Shown here: positions 1 through 9,869 of the stretch, piece by piece
Layout: each line of letters starts with the position of its first letter
How positions within the stretch are numbered: position 1 is the stretch's first letter
Assembly (NCBI GenBank): GCA_963843575.1
Contig: CAWJKZ010000013.1
Coordinates: forward strand, 608,001 to 672,000
Direction of reading: 5' to 3'
Source: an uncultured Acidobacteriota bacterium
GTDB taxonomy: Bacteria > Acidobacteriota > UBA6911
Length of the DNA stretch: 64,000 nt
Program-made: the position numbers and the translations under genes
The notes under the pieces: model-generated
What the model saw: only the letters and a program-made list of their open reading frames with translations
What the model was told of the DNA's origin: nothing
Databases searched by the model: none

Positions 1-2
1 AT

Positions 3-980
3 CAAAAGGAACTCGCCAACCTGCAGCGCACCCTGAACCTGAAGATCGACGCCAACCGCGACATCGGCTCGCAGATCTCCGAGCTTGCGCTCGCGATGCG
101 CAGGTTGCAGGCGGCCAACGACACGCTCGAAGGGCAGGCCAGCTCGCTGCGCACGAACGTGGAGGAGTTGCAGTCCGCGAACGCCAAGCTCTCCGGGGAG
201 TTGGACGACACCAAAAACGCCAACCGCAAGATGCGCGAGACGATCGACACGCTCACCTCGAAGGAAGACTCGCTCGCTCGGCAGTACATTCAACTGAAGA
301 ACACCAAGGAAAACCTCGAAACGGTAACGCGCTCCATCGACAGCCTGAGCAACCGGATCGCCGAAGAGAAGAGCGAAGGAGGCTACCGCTCGGGCAAGAT
401 CAACGTCTTCCTGAAAAACGTTCTGCTCGGCAGCGTGGACTACAGGTTGCCGGAATATCTCAGCGCGAACGAGGAAAAGCAGGCGGAGGGGCGGTTTTCG
501 AGCGAATCCATCGATTACGTGCAGGTGTCGCCCGAGGAACGGGCTCTGCTCCGTTCATTCGGCGACCGGCTCAAGCTCCAGCTGAAACTCTCATCCCCGG
601 TACCCACCGTGGTGGTTGCTCCGGGGTCCAAGGAACAGCTGCAGGAGGTGCCGGAACGGGACCAGGCGACCTGGCGCTGGACCGTCACCAACCGCGGCAC
701 ACAGGATGCCCGGCTTCAGTTCGAGATGTGGCTGGTTAACCGGAACTCCGACGAGATCCCGGTCCTGAACCGGGAGTACCTGCTCGTCTCCTCAAATACC
801 GTGCGTCAGATCCGCAACTATCTGCAGCCCATCCCGATCGCGCTCGGCGCCCTGCTGGGGTTTGTGCTCTTCGGCATCGTCGGGGTCTTCAGGCGGGCCC
901 GCACGCCCAAGCCGAGCCGCGGCCGTGGGACGCCCGACACCAGTCCGGCCGCGCCGTACGTCGGGAAGAAGCAGCTCTGA
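3..980 (+). CDS. 5'-truncated hypothetical protein: long coiled coil, beta-rich domain, C-terminal TM anchor
   Basis: Frame of ORF 96..980 is open back to nt 3 (QKELANLQRTLNLK...). Heptad-rich N-half; hydrophobic PIPIALGALLGFVLFGIVGVF followed by RRAR. Confidence 0.7.
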   Translation, partial: QKELANLQRTLNLKIDANRDIGSQISELALAMRRLQAANDTLEGQASSLRTNVEELQSANAKLSGELDDTKNANRKMRETIDTLTSKEDSLARQYIQLKNTKENLETVTRSIDSLSNRIAEEKSEGGYRSGKINVFLKNVLLGSVDYRLPEYLSANEEKQAEGRFSSESIDYVQVSPEERALLRSFGDRLKLQLKLSSPVPTVVVAPGSKEQLQEVPERDQATWRWTVTNRGTQDARLQFEMWLVNRNSDEIPVLNREYLLVSSNTVRQIRNYLQPIPIALGALLGFVLFGIVGVFRRARTPKPSRGRGTPDTSPAAPYVGKKQL

Positions 981-995
981 GGCGCCTGCCCGGGG

Positions 996-2846
996 TTACT
1001 CTGTGACCTGGATGTGTTGGGCGGCCAGGCGACGCAGCTTGGCGCCGTCGCCGGGCTTGACCAGCTGGAAGTTATACTTCTTGTTGTTGCGGGTCCGTAT
1101 CGAGACCTGGTCGCCGTCGACCCCTATACTCCTCAGCCCGGCGTAGCTTTCGAAGAAGCTGTGGTCTCCCTCGGTCGTTTTGTACTCGAGGCCTTCTTCG
1201 GTCACTCTCAGGGTGCCGCGGCAGCTCGAGAACATGTGTTTGTGCTCGGCCGCAAACGGGGTCTTCTGCATCGCGTTGAGCTGCGTGCGGTCCTGGATAT
1301 CCTGGATCATCGACTGGAGTCGTTCAGTGCCGTACTTCTCGACCCCGCCGAGTTCCTTGACCTTGCGCAGATGGTCGGCGGCGAGCTTGAGGTCGTTGCG
1401 GTGGCGGTCATACAGGATGCCCAGGTTGAGGTGTGCCAGCCCGTTGCTGGGGTTGAGCGCCACTGCCTTCTCGAAATTCAGGATCGCGTTGTCCAGTTGT
1501 TTCAGCTCCAGGTTGCTCGCCCCTATGTAGAAGTACGCCTCGTCGCTGTTGGGTTCGGCCTTGAGGAATTCCTGCCACTCGGCGATCGCCTTCGCGTAGG
1601 CTCCGGACCGGAACGAGGCCAGCGCCGTCTGCCGCAGCGTCTGGGCTTTCTGCCTGAATTGCTGCTCTTCCTGCGCGCGCTGCAGGCGTTGCTGTTCGAC
1701 TTGCGCGGTCTCGGCCAGTTTCGACTCGACCACCGCCATACGGGACTTGCTGTAGGGGTCCTCCGGGAAATACTGCAGGACGAGTCGGAAATCGGTCCTG
1801 GCGCCCGCGTAGTCGCCCCCGGCGAGCTTTGTGTCCCCGCGGTTCTGCAACAGTTCCTTCACCCTTGCGATGGTTGTGCGAGCGTACTCGTTCTTCTTGT
1901 CCAGGCGCTGGATGTTTTTCAGAGCCTCCAGGGCGTTTTCCTTCTCCGGGGGGACCAGGCTTCCTGCCTTGAGAGCCGCCTCCGCCTTGGTTTTCCATTC
2001 CTCGATCTGCTTCTCGCGGTCCTTGACGCTGGCGTCGATCTTGGCGGAGATGTCCGCCAACCGTTCATTGATGGAGATGTCGTCGGGGAAGAGCAGGGTC
2101 AGATTCTTGTACTGCTTCTCTGCCTCGAGCCAGTCCTCCCGGGCATAGGCCACGCCGGCGATCTGCCGCAGCGTGTCGCCCAGCTTGGTCTTCGCCTCGA
2201 TCGCATAGGCGTTGGCCGGGTCTATGGCGAGGATCTTGTTGGCGAAAAACAGCACGTTGTAGTCGTCGGGCGGCGGGAGGAGGATGTTTTCCTTCTGGGC
2301 GTTTTCGAGTTTCTTTCTCCAGGCTTCGACTTCTGCCAGTTGTTCGTTGCTCAGGTGCGGGACGAGCGGCTCCATCGGCCAGTGGACGTTCTCGGCCGCA
2401 TAGGGCATGACTTCGACCTGCTGCAGAAGGTCCTTGTACCCTTCCTTGGTCGCCTTGATCTGGTGCCCGCCCGAGCGCAGGTCGGCCAGTGTCAGCGGCG
2501 AGACGCCGCACTGCTTGCCGTCGAGCCAGATCGTGGCGCCGGGAGGAGTCGTCTTGACCACGAGCGAGCCGTACTTGGGTTTCCAGTATTGATAGAGGAA
2601 GACCGTCGCGAAGGCCACACCTCCCACCACGATGAGGATGGCGATGCCCAGCATGAGCGTCTTGACCGTGATGGTCGCGGGTTGAGGGCCGGGCTCGGCC
2701 ATCTTCGGCGGCTGGGCGCCCGGCCAGGTTTCGGCCTCGGCGTCACCGCTCGCGCCGGCGTCGCCCGCGTCGAGCCTACCGCCGTCCACAGGGCAGAATT
2801 GAAACGGTTCCGGGTAGGTATTGCCGCATTGGGAACATTTTTTCAT
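996..2846 (-). CDS. Zinc-ribbon + TM + PEGA domain + TPR protein
   Basis: MKKCSQCG...FCPVDG ribbon, one TM helix, PEGA signature (GSLVVKTTPPGATIWLDGK...G.SPL...GGHQIKATKEGY), multiple TPRs (EAYFYIGAS, LAHLNLGILY). Start at 2846 or 2861. Confidence 0.8.
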   Translation of the reverse strand: MKKCSQCGNTYPEPFQFCPVDGGRLDAGDAGASGDAEAETWPGAQPPKMAEPGPQPATITVKTLMLGIAILIVVGGVAFATVFLYQYWKPKYGSLVVKTTPPGATIWLDGKQCGVSPLTLADLRSGGHQIKATKEGYKDLLQQVEVMPYAAENVHWPMEPLVPHLSNEQLAEVEAWRKKLENAQKENILLPPPDDYNVLFFANKILAIDPANAYAIEAKTKLGDTLRQIAGVAYAREDWLEAEKQYKNLTLLFPDDISINERLADISAKIDASVKDREKQIEEWKTKAEAALKAGSLVPPEKENALEALKNIQRLDKKNEYARTTIARVKELLQNRGDTKLAGGDYAGARTDFRLVLQYFPEDPYSKSRMAVVESKLAETAQVEQQRLQRAQEEQQFRQKAQTLRQTALASFRSGAYAKAIAEWQEFLKAEPNSDEAYFYIGASNLELKQLDNAILNFEKAVALNPSNGLAHLNLGILYDRHRNDLKLAADHLRKVKELGGVEKYGTERLQSMIQDIQDRTQLNAMQKTPFAAEHKHMFSSCRGTLRVTEEGLEYKTTEGDHSFFESYAGLRSIGVDGDQVSIRTRNNKKYNFQLVKPGDGAKLRRLAAQHIQVTE

Positions 2847-3039
2847 TGGAGTAGATACCATAGCACAAACGCGGCCACCCTTTGAAGACGCGCACCCCCG
2901 AGATGGTTTGGCCCGGAACACCCGGTTTTTCGGGAGTGCGGCGGCTCGACGCCGCTTCCCGGGCGGCGTTTCGGCACCGCACTCCGCAGGACTTTTCAGG
3001 CGCGGCTGTGGTTAAATAGCGGCTTCCGAAGGTGATGAG

Positions 3040-3660
3040 ATGACGAAGAAACCCGTTCTGACGCTTGGCATCGCGGGAGGCACCGGCTCGGGCAAGACGA
3101 CGATCTCGGAGGAGGTCTGCCGGGTCCTCGGCGCCGATTGCGCCACGCTGATCCACCAGGACTCCTACTATCTGGACCGCAGCGTGCTGCCGGCGGATGA
3201 CCGCGACCGGATCAATTTCGACCACCCGTCGGCGTTCGACTGGAAACTGCTCAAGAGGCAGGTCAAGACGCTGCGTGACGGCCGGGCGATCCAAAAGCCG
3301 ACGTACAATTTCCACACGCACTCGCGCATGGCGGAAACGGTGCGGGTCGAACCCCGGCCCGTCCTGATCATCGAAGGCATCCTGGTGTTTGACGACCCCG
3401 AACTCCGCTCGATGATCGACATCAAGGTCTACGTCGATGCGGACGCCGACGTGCGCTTTATCCGGCGCCTGGACCGCGACGTGCGAGAGCGGGGGAGATC
3501 GCTGGAATCGATCGTGGACCAGTACATGAGCACGGTGCGCCCGATGCACCTGCAGTTTGTCGAGCCCACGAAGCGCTATGCCGACGTCATCATCCCCGAG
3601 GGGGGGTACAACCGGGTCGCGCTCGACATGATCATCGCCCGCGTGCGCGCCCTGCTTTGA
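3040..3660 (+). CDS. udk: Uridine kinase
   Basis: GIAGGTGSGKTT P-loop, QDSYY, NFDHPSAFD, EGIL, RDVRERGR, EPTKRYADVIIP. Confidence 0.95.
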   Translation: MTKKPVLTLGIAGGTGSGKTTISEEVCRVLGADCATLIHQDSYYLDRSVLPADDRDRINFDHPSAFDWKLLKRQVKTLRDGRAIQKPTYNFHTHSRMAETVRVEPRPVLIIEGILVFDDPELRSMIDIKVYVDADADVRFIRRLDRDVRERGRSLESIVDQYMSTVRPMHLQFVEPTKRYADVIIPEGGYNRVALDMIIARVRALL

Positions 3661-3711
3661 GGAGCGCGCCCGTGGGGGGCCTGCCGCCGCCCGCCGGCAA
3701 TTCCCTCCCCG

Positions 3712-4380
3712 TCAGCGCCTCGCGGCCGCCTCGGAGATGATCTTCACGCCGGCGGACGCACCGATTCGGGTCGCCCCCGCCTCGATCATCTGCAGGCACG
3801 CCGCCAGGTCGCGGATCCCCCCCGCCGCCTTGACGCCCATCCCGGGCCCGACCACGCGCCGCATAAGCGCGACGTCGGCCGCTGTGGCGCCGGACGGGCC
3901 GAATCCCGTGGACGTCTTGACGAAGTCGGCGGCCGCGTCGCGGGCGATCGTGCAGGCCTCGACCTTCTCCCCTTCGCTCAGGAGTGCCGTTTCGAGGATC
4001 ACCTTCAGGCGCGCGCCGCCGGAGTGAACCGCACGGCACACTTCCCGGATGTCGTCGCCGACTGCCGCCCCATCGCCCGATTTCAGCCGGCCGACGTTGA
4101 TCACCATGTCGATCTCGGTCGCCCCGTCGAAAACGGCACGGCGTGCCTCGTACGCCTTGACGTCGGAAGGGGTCGCACCCAGCGGAAACCCGGCGACCGT
4201 GCACACCGCGACCCCGCTCCCTTTCAGCAGCAAGGCACAAAGCCGCACCCAGTCGGGGTTGACGCAGACTGCGGCAAAGCGATACTGCAACGCCTCGTCG
4301 CAGAGCTGGCGGACCTGCGCCTCGGAGGCGTCGGCCTTCAGCAACGTGTGATCTATGTATGCCGCAAGCTGGATATCCAT
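3712..4380 (-). CDS. deoC: Deoxyribose-phosphate aldolase
   Basis: [47 protein letters not shown] at 4380. Confidence 0.95.
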   Translation of the reverse strand: MDIQLAAYIDHTLLKADASEAQVRQLCDEALQYRFAAVCVNPDWVRLCALLLKGSGVAVCTVAGFPLGATPSDVKAYEARRAVFDGATEIDMVINVGRLKSGDGAAVGDDIREVCRAVHSGGARLKVILETALLSEGEKVEACTIARDAAADFVKTSTGFGPSGATAADVALMRRVVGPGMGVKAAGGIRDLAACLQMIEAGATRIGASAGVKIISEAAARR

Positions 4381-4529
4381 CCCGGTATCATACAAGCCGC
4401 GGACCCGCTTCGATAGCCCGGAAACTCGCCTCCGGGGCCTCGCATGCTTCCAGCAGCCTCGAGGATGAAACGTTGACACGCGCCCGGGCGGGGAATAACT
4501 TTCGATACCTTCGAGATTCGGGAGCACTC

Positions 4530-6056
4530 ATGAAGAAACTGATTGCGTTGATGCTGCTGGCCCCCTCGCTTGCGCTGGCGGCCGAGACCAAACCCAAGCT
4601 CGTCCTGGTCATCGTCGTGGATCAGTTCCGCTACGATTACCTCACGCGCTTCCAGGGGGACTATTCCGGCGGGCTGGCGAAGTTGCTCAAGGACGGTGCG
4701 GTATTCACCAACGCGCGCTACGAACACTTCCCCACCGTGACCGCGATCGGGCACGCGACGATCCTGACCGGCGCGACCCCGTCGATCAGCGGGATTGTCG
4801 GCAACGACTGGTTCGACCGCGACACGGGGAAACAGGTGACCTCGGTCTCCGATCCGGCCTGCAAGTTGCTCGGCGGCACCGGCGAGGGAGGCTCTTCGCC
4901 GCATCGCCTGCTGGTCAGCACCGTGGGAGACGAGCTCAAGATCGCCAACGGCGGCACGTCCAGGGTGATCGGCATCAGCCTGAAGGACCGTGCGGCGATC
5001 CTGCCGGCCGGGCACTCCGCCAATGCGGCGTACTGGTTTGACGGGCGCGGCGGCAGGTTCGTCTCCAGCACGTGGTACATGGACCGGCTGCCCGACTGGG
5101 TCGACGCGTTCAACGCGCGTGCGGCCGCAGGTTACCGGGGAGCGGCGTGGCTCAACCACAAGCTCCCCGACGACGCGAGCGCCTCTGCGGCGCTGGCCGC
5201 CTCACCCTTCGGGAACGATATCGTGGAGGCCTTCGCCGAACAGGCCCTGGAGCGGGAGGGACTCGGGAAAGGCCCCGCGACAGACTTGCTGAGCGTCAGT
5301 TTCTCCTCCAACGACTATGTCGGGCACGAGTACGGGCCGGACTCGCCCGACGTGAGGGAAATCTCGATCCGCACCGACCGCATGCTCGAAAAGTTCTTCC
5401 GCTACATCGACTCCCAGGTCGGGTTGCGGGACGTGCTGGTGGTCTTCACCGCGGACCACGGTGTGGCGCCGCTGCCCGAAGCCAACGCCGCGCGTCACAT
5501 GCCCGGGGGGCGCATGCCCGCCGGCATCATTCAGAACACCGTTCAGGCCGAGCTGACCAAACGCTTCGGCGAGGGGAACTGGATCGTCAGCCCGTCGGAG
5601 CACTCCCTCTATCTCAACGACGCGCTCATCCGGGACAAGAAGATCGACGCCAACGACGTGGCGAAGGCCGCACGCGATGCGCTGCTCAGGGTGCCCCACG
5701 TGTTCCGGGTATACACGCGCGAGCAGCTCAGGGAAGGACACACCCTCGAAGATCAGGTCGGGAGGCGGGTCATGAACGGGTTTTACGCCCGCCGCAGCGC
5801 CGACATCTACGTTCTGCTTGAGCCTTACTGGATGTTCGGCAGCGAGGGGACGACGCACGGGACGACCTTCAGCTACGACTCTCACGTCCCCGTGATCTTC
5901 ATGGGACCCGGCATTAAGCCAGGCAAATACTACGGCTCGATCGCCGTCAACGACATCGCCCCGACGCTGGCCACGCTGCTGGAGATCGAGACGCCGAGCG
6001 GCTCCGTCGGCCGGACCCTCAGCGAGATGTTCGTCAATCCGGACGAACTGAAGTAA
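4530..6056 (+). CDS. Secreted alkaline phosphatase / nucleotide pyrophosphatase family protein (PafA/PhoK-like)
   Basis: Signal peptide MKKLIALMLLAPSLALAA; VVDQFRYDYL, TVTAIGHATI (Thr nucleophile), SLKDRAAI, DYVGHEYGP, TADHG, THG...YDSHVP. Confidence 0.9.
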   Translation: MKKLIALMLLAPSLALAAETKPKLVLVIVVDQFRYDYLTRFQGDYSGGLAKLLKDGAVFTNARYEHFPTVTAIGHATILTGATPSISGIVGNDWFDRDTGKQVTSVSDPACKLLGGTGEGGSSPHRLLVSTVGDELKIANGGTSRVIGISLKDRAAILPAGHSANAAYWFDGRGGRFVSSTWYMDRLPDWVDAFNARAAAGYRGAAWLNHKLPDDASASAALAASPFGNDIVEAFAEQALEREGLGKGPATDLLSVSFSSNDYVGHEYGPDSPDVREISIRTDRMLEKFFRYIDSQVGLRDVLVVFTADHGVAPLPEANAARHMPGGRMPAGIIQNTVQAELTKRFGEGNWIVSPSEHSLYLNDALIRDKKIDANDVAKAARDALLRVPHVFRVYTREQLREGHTLEDQVGRRVMNGFYARRSADIYVLLEPYWMFGSEGTTHGTTFSYDSHVPVIFMGPGIKPGKYYGSIAVNDIAPTLATLLEIETPSGSVGRTLSEMFVNPDELK

Positions 6057-6293
6057 TCTGGAGTGCGGCGCCTCGGCGCCGCTTTCACTCGTCCACGGCA
6101 GGAATGCTCGGCGCCTCGGCGCCACGCCGAATTGCGAGATGCGACCCTGCGACCTCGGCCTTTGGTGGCGTCGAGCCGCCGCATCTCCACAATCAACCGT
6201 TGGACGGCCTCTGAAGCGGTCGCTATAACGTGCGCCCGTCGCTACATAGTTCAGATCAAAAGGCGTCCGGGCTGAAGCACGGACCCACTTGTT
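6057..6293. repeat. Composite repeat site A: GGAG-type REP doublet + MITE end + GTGG-type REP
   Basis: GGAGTGCGGCGCCTCGGCGCCGCTTT at 6060. Body 6111-6211 is the reverse complement of ~20827-20928 with few changes and ends CCGTTGGACGGCCTC|TGAA. GTCCGGGCTGAAGCACGGACCCAC at 6265-6288. Confidence 0.85.
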
Positions 6294-6305
6294 CCATTGC
6301 GGAAA

Positions 6306-7683
6306 CTATATGGCGCTGTAGCGCACACGTGGGAGAAACTCGCCGCTGCCGGGTCGTCCCATCACCTTACCCTCGCGCGCGATTACGCGGCCGCGCTGCA
6401 GCACGAGCCACGGGGTCCCGCGCACCTTGATACCCTCGTAGGCGCAGTAATCGGAGCGCGAAAGCGCAATCGACTTCGACAGGGTCTGTTCCGCCTTCGG
6501 GTCGAAGATCACCATGTCTGCATCGCTCCCGACCACAAGGGTACCCTTGCGCGGGAACAGCCCGAACAATTTCGCGGGGGTCGTGCAGACCAGGTCGACG
6601 AAACGGTTCGGAGTGATCTTGCCTGCGTGCACCCCTGCCGAGCAGATGAGCGCGACCCGCTCCTGGATGCCGGGCAATCCTCGCGGCGCCAGGCTGAAGT
6701 TCTCCGTCCCTACGTCTTTCTGGCCGGCGTAATTGAAGGCGGTGTGGTCGCTGGCGACCACCTGGAGATCGCCGTAGGCCAGCCCGCGCCAGAGGACCTC
6801 GTGATGCCACGCGGGGCGCAGCGGGGGTGTGGCGTAGAGCTTGACGCCGTCCAGCTCGTCGTACCGCTCGCTTCCGAGCGCGACGTACTGCGGGCAGGTT
6901 TCGCCATACACCGCCTGCCCCCGGTCGCGCGCGGACTTGATCTTTTCCAGGGCGTGTGCGGAAGAAACGTTGGTGAAATAGACGGGCACCCTGGCCAGAT
7001 CCGCGAGCGCGATCACACGGCTGGTGGCTTCGGCTTCGGTCTCGGGAGGCCGGACCAGCGTGACCGATTTCGACCGGCACCTTGCCGTCGCCCTGAATGC
7101 GCCGGAGCAGCAGGTCGATGATCTCGCCGTTTTCGGCGTGAACACAGGCCAGCGCCCCGGCGGCGCTCACCCGCTGCAGGAATTCGAATATGCCGGCGTC
7201 GCCGATGCGGCGGTCGCCGACGTCGTCGAGCGAGATCTTGAAGCTGGTGACCCCCGCCTCGACCATCTCGGGAATCTGGCTCAGCACCGTGTCGTTGACT
7301 TCGGAAAGCGCGAGGTGGAAACCGTAGTCGACGACGGCCCGCGGGCCGGCCTTGGCCTTCCATTCGTCCAAGGCTTGAGCGAGCGTCGCGCCGGGGGCCT
7401 GTTGGGCGTAATCCACGACGGTCGTGGTCCCCCCCGCCGCGGCTGCGGCGGAGCCCGTCTCGAAATCGTCGACAGTCGTCATCCCGTCGCACTGGGCGTC
7501 CAGGTGGGTGTGCACATCGACCGCGCCGGGGAGCACCCATTTGTCGGCCGCGTCGATGATCTCGCTGGCGATTTTGGATATTTCACGTCCAATTTCGGAG
7601 ACGACGCCGTTCTTCACGAGGACGTCGGCTTTGTAGATGTCGGTCGCTGTGATGATGGTTCCGTTCTTGATCAGGGTCGTCAT
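6306..7683 (-). CDS. hydA: Dihydropyrimidinase / D-hydantoinase (frameshift ~7085)
   Basis: MTTLIKNGTI, PGAVDVHTHL, GGTTT, SFK, VHAENG in one frame; GETCPQY, PPLR, ASDH, GLPGIQER, PAKLFGL, GSDAD in a second frame. Confidence 0.85.
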
Positions 7684-8158
7684 ACCTTCTCCAGCATCCG
7701 TGATGATAGGTCGTTGTGTCGCGTTGCGCGTCGCGGCCGGCCGCATCGGGTCTGCAAAACGGCCCCGTGCCGGTGGGACACCATCCCCACCCTCGGCCAC
7801 AACTGCGCAGACTGTTCACTCAATCTTGTTTTCCCGGCGGGATCAGAACGCGGCACTCGGGGCAGCCTGAAGTCTCTCGCGCGCACCGGGGTACATCGGG
7901 TCCGGCCCCTGAAGCCGGGTGAACAACCGGTCCAGGGGGCTCAACACTTGCCTTCCATCGCCCGTGGCAGCGCCGGCGGCGAGCAGGGTTCTTCCCCAAA
8001 GCCTTCCCTTGCCGACGATGAGCTCCCTTTATTGCGCTGCATGCCGGGTAATTCTCATCCCGGATTCTTTTGCGCGCTTCCCCTAAAACTCCACGCGATT
8101 CGAACCCGCCCTCTCGCTCTCCAGATCTCAGGATTCCCGAATCGGTTCGGATGCCCGC

Positions 8159-8164
8159 ATTATA
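8159..8164 (-). promoter_or_regulatory. Putative extended -10 (TGATATAAT) facing hydA
   Basis: Minus strand reads GTTTGATATAATGC; about 470 nt upstream of the hydA ATG. Confidence 0.4.
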
Positions 8165-8263
8165 TCAAACAACATTCGCGGGCGTCGTGTGAAGGGGGGG
8201 CTCGGCGGGAGGCGAAACGCGAGCCACGATTGCCGTTGCGCTCCGGGCATCAGGCGTTCAAGA

Positions 8264-9778
8264 ATGACGCCCATGGCCTGGAGGGAATCTCACCCGCACC
8301 ACGACATCGGGGGCCCGCCGGCGGTGTCCGGCTGGGCGCTCGCGGTGATCGCCCTGGCCGTGTACGTGCCGCTGCTGCGCAGCGGCCTTACCGTATTCGA
8401 TCCGAGCGGGCCATTGGCCGTTGCGCCGGGGGCGCCTCTCCCCGTCGTTGCGCTCCGCATTGCCGGTGTTCTTCTGCACGGCTTGAGCGCGGCCCTTGTG
8501 TACCTGGCGGGCCGGACGCTTCTGGGGGAGCCGGCGCCCGCCCTCCTGGCGGCCGTGCTGTTCGCCCTGCATCCGGTCCACGTCGATGCGGTCGCCCGGG
8601 TCGGCGCTCTCACCGAGCTGGCCGGCTCGGCGGGCCTGCTTGCCGGCGTCTGGTTTGCCCTGCGGTTTTTCCGCTCGGCAGGGGGGCGGGCCGCGCTGCT
8701 CGCCGCGGCCGGCCTCGTGTGGAGCGCCCTGTCGGCCGCCCTGGCGCGCGCCCAGTGGCAGGAGTCCACATTCGTCGGCAATCCCTTGCTCGGCGCGCCC
8801 CCCGGCGTCCGGTTCATGACGGCGGTTCAGGTATTCGGCCGGTACCTCAAGCTGATGGTCTGGCCATACCGCCTCTCTCCCGATTATTCCTACAACTCCG
8901 TGCCGGTGGTTTCGCATCCCCTTTCGCCGGCGTTCCTCCTCCCGCTGGCCGTGGTGGCCGCCCTCGCCGCCGCCGCCGTGCTGCGGAGGCACCGCCGGCC
9001 TTTGTACGGGATAGCCGGCGTGTTTTTTCTCGTCTCGGCGTTTCCGTTGTGGCCCATGATCGACCCGCGCGTTCCGCTCATGGCCGAGCGGACGGTCTAC
9101 CTGCCGTCGGCCGCCCTGTGCTGGGCCGCGGCGCAATGGTTCCGGGATGCCGGTTGGCTCGCGCGGCCGGATTGGCACAACGCCCGGTCGGTTAAGTCGC
9201 TCGCCCTGATCGTTATCTGCCTCCTCGTCCCCTGGGCGGCGAAAGTCGTTCCTGCGGGCACGCCAGTGGGCCGATCAGAATGCGCTCCTGGTTGCGGCGG
9301 TACGGACGGTGCCCGACAGCGCGCGGGTGCAGCTGCTGCTCGGCGACGTCTAACCTGCGCGACGGTAATTGGCCGGCGGCGCAGAGGGCATACCGCCGGG
9401 CGCTGGGTATCTACCCGCAATACGCGACCGCGGCAATCCACCTCGCGGCGGCATACCGCGAGGGCGGCCAGTACGCGGACGCGCTGGCCGCACTGCAGAA
9501 GGCCGCGCCAACCGACGCGCGCCTGCAGATGGAGCGCCTGGCGGAACTCGGCCGCGTACACATGGCCCGGAACGACTACGCGGCGGCGGCGGCGGCCTAT
9601 GAAAGCGCCTTGGCGCTGCGACGACTCCGACGCGCGCCTGCACCTCGAGGTCGGTACGCTGTACCTGCAGTTGCTCGGCCAGCCCGAGCGCGGCCGTCTG
9701 CACTTGCGCCGGAGCCTGGAGCTGGATCCCGGCCAGCCGCGCGCCGGCGAAATCCGCGAGGTACTCGGCCGCCGGTGA
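8264..9778 (+). CDS. TMTC-like (GT-C/DUF1736-type) membrane protein with C-terminal TPRs; degenerate and frameshifted
   Basis: LFALHPVHVDAV, YLKLMVWPYRLSPDYSY, MAERTVYLPS motifs; TPR segments split over frames 9260-9620. Confidence 0.7.
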   Translation: MTPMAWRESHPHHDIGGPPAVSGWALAVIALAVYVPLLRSGLTVFDPSGPLAVAPGAPLPVVALRIAGVLLHGLSAALVYLAGRTLLGEPAPALLAAVLFALHPVHVDAVARVGALTELAGSAGLLAGVWFALRFFRSAGGRAALLAAAGLVWSALSAALARAQWQESTFVGNPLLGAPPGVRFMTAVQVFGRYLKLMVWPYRLSPDYSYNSVPVVSHPLSPAFLLPLAVVAALAAAAVLRRHRRPLYGIAGVFFLVSAFPLWPMIDPRVPLMAERTVYLPSAALCWAAAQWFRDAGWLARPDWHNARSVKSLALIVICLLVPWAAKVVPAGTPVGRSECAPGCGGTDGARQRAGAAAARRRLTCATVIGRRRRGHTAGRWVSTRNTRPRQSTSRRHTARAASTRTRWPHCRRPRQPTRACRWSAWRNSAAYTWPGTTTRRRRRPMKAPWRCDDSDARLHLEVGTLYLQLLGQPERGRLHLRRSLELDPGQPRAGEIREVLGRR

Positions 9779-9869
9779 AGCGGCCGTATCGGCGGGCGCG
9801 ACCTCCCGGCTTGCGCGCGGCCTCCGACCGCTGTACATTGGCCCAGGACTGCCAGCGAGGACGACAACC

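Noticed and set aside
6057-6293. Possible CRISPR array from the recurring palindromes
   Set aside because: No regular repeat-spacer periodicity, the spacers are conserved rather than unique, and no cas genes are present.
7680-7886. 68-aa ORF overlapping the hydA start
   Set aside because: No RBS or recognisable motif, and composition typical of a random GC-rich frame; cannot be supported as a leader peptide.
8090-8112. GGTTCGAATC T-loop-like motif (also GGATTCGATCCC at ~26177)
   Set aside because: No T-stem pairing or cloverleaf could be built; not a tRNA.
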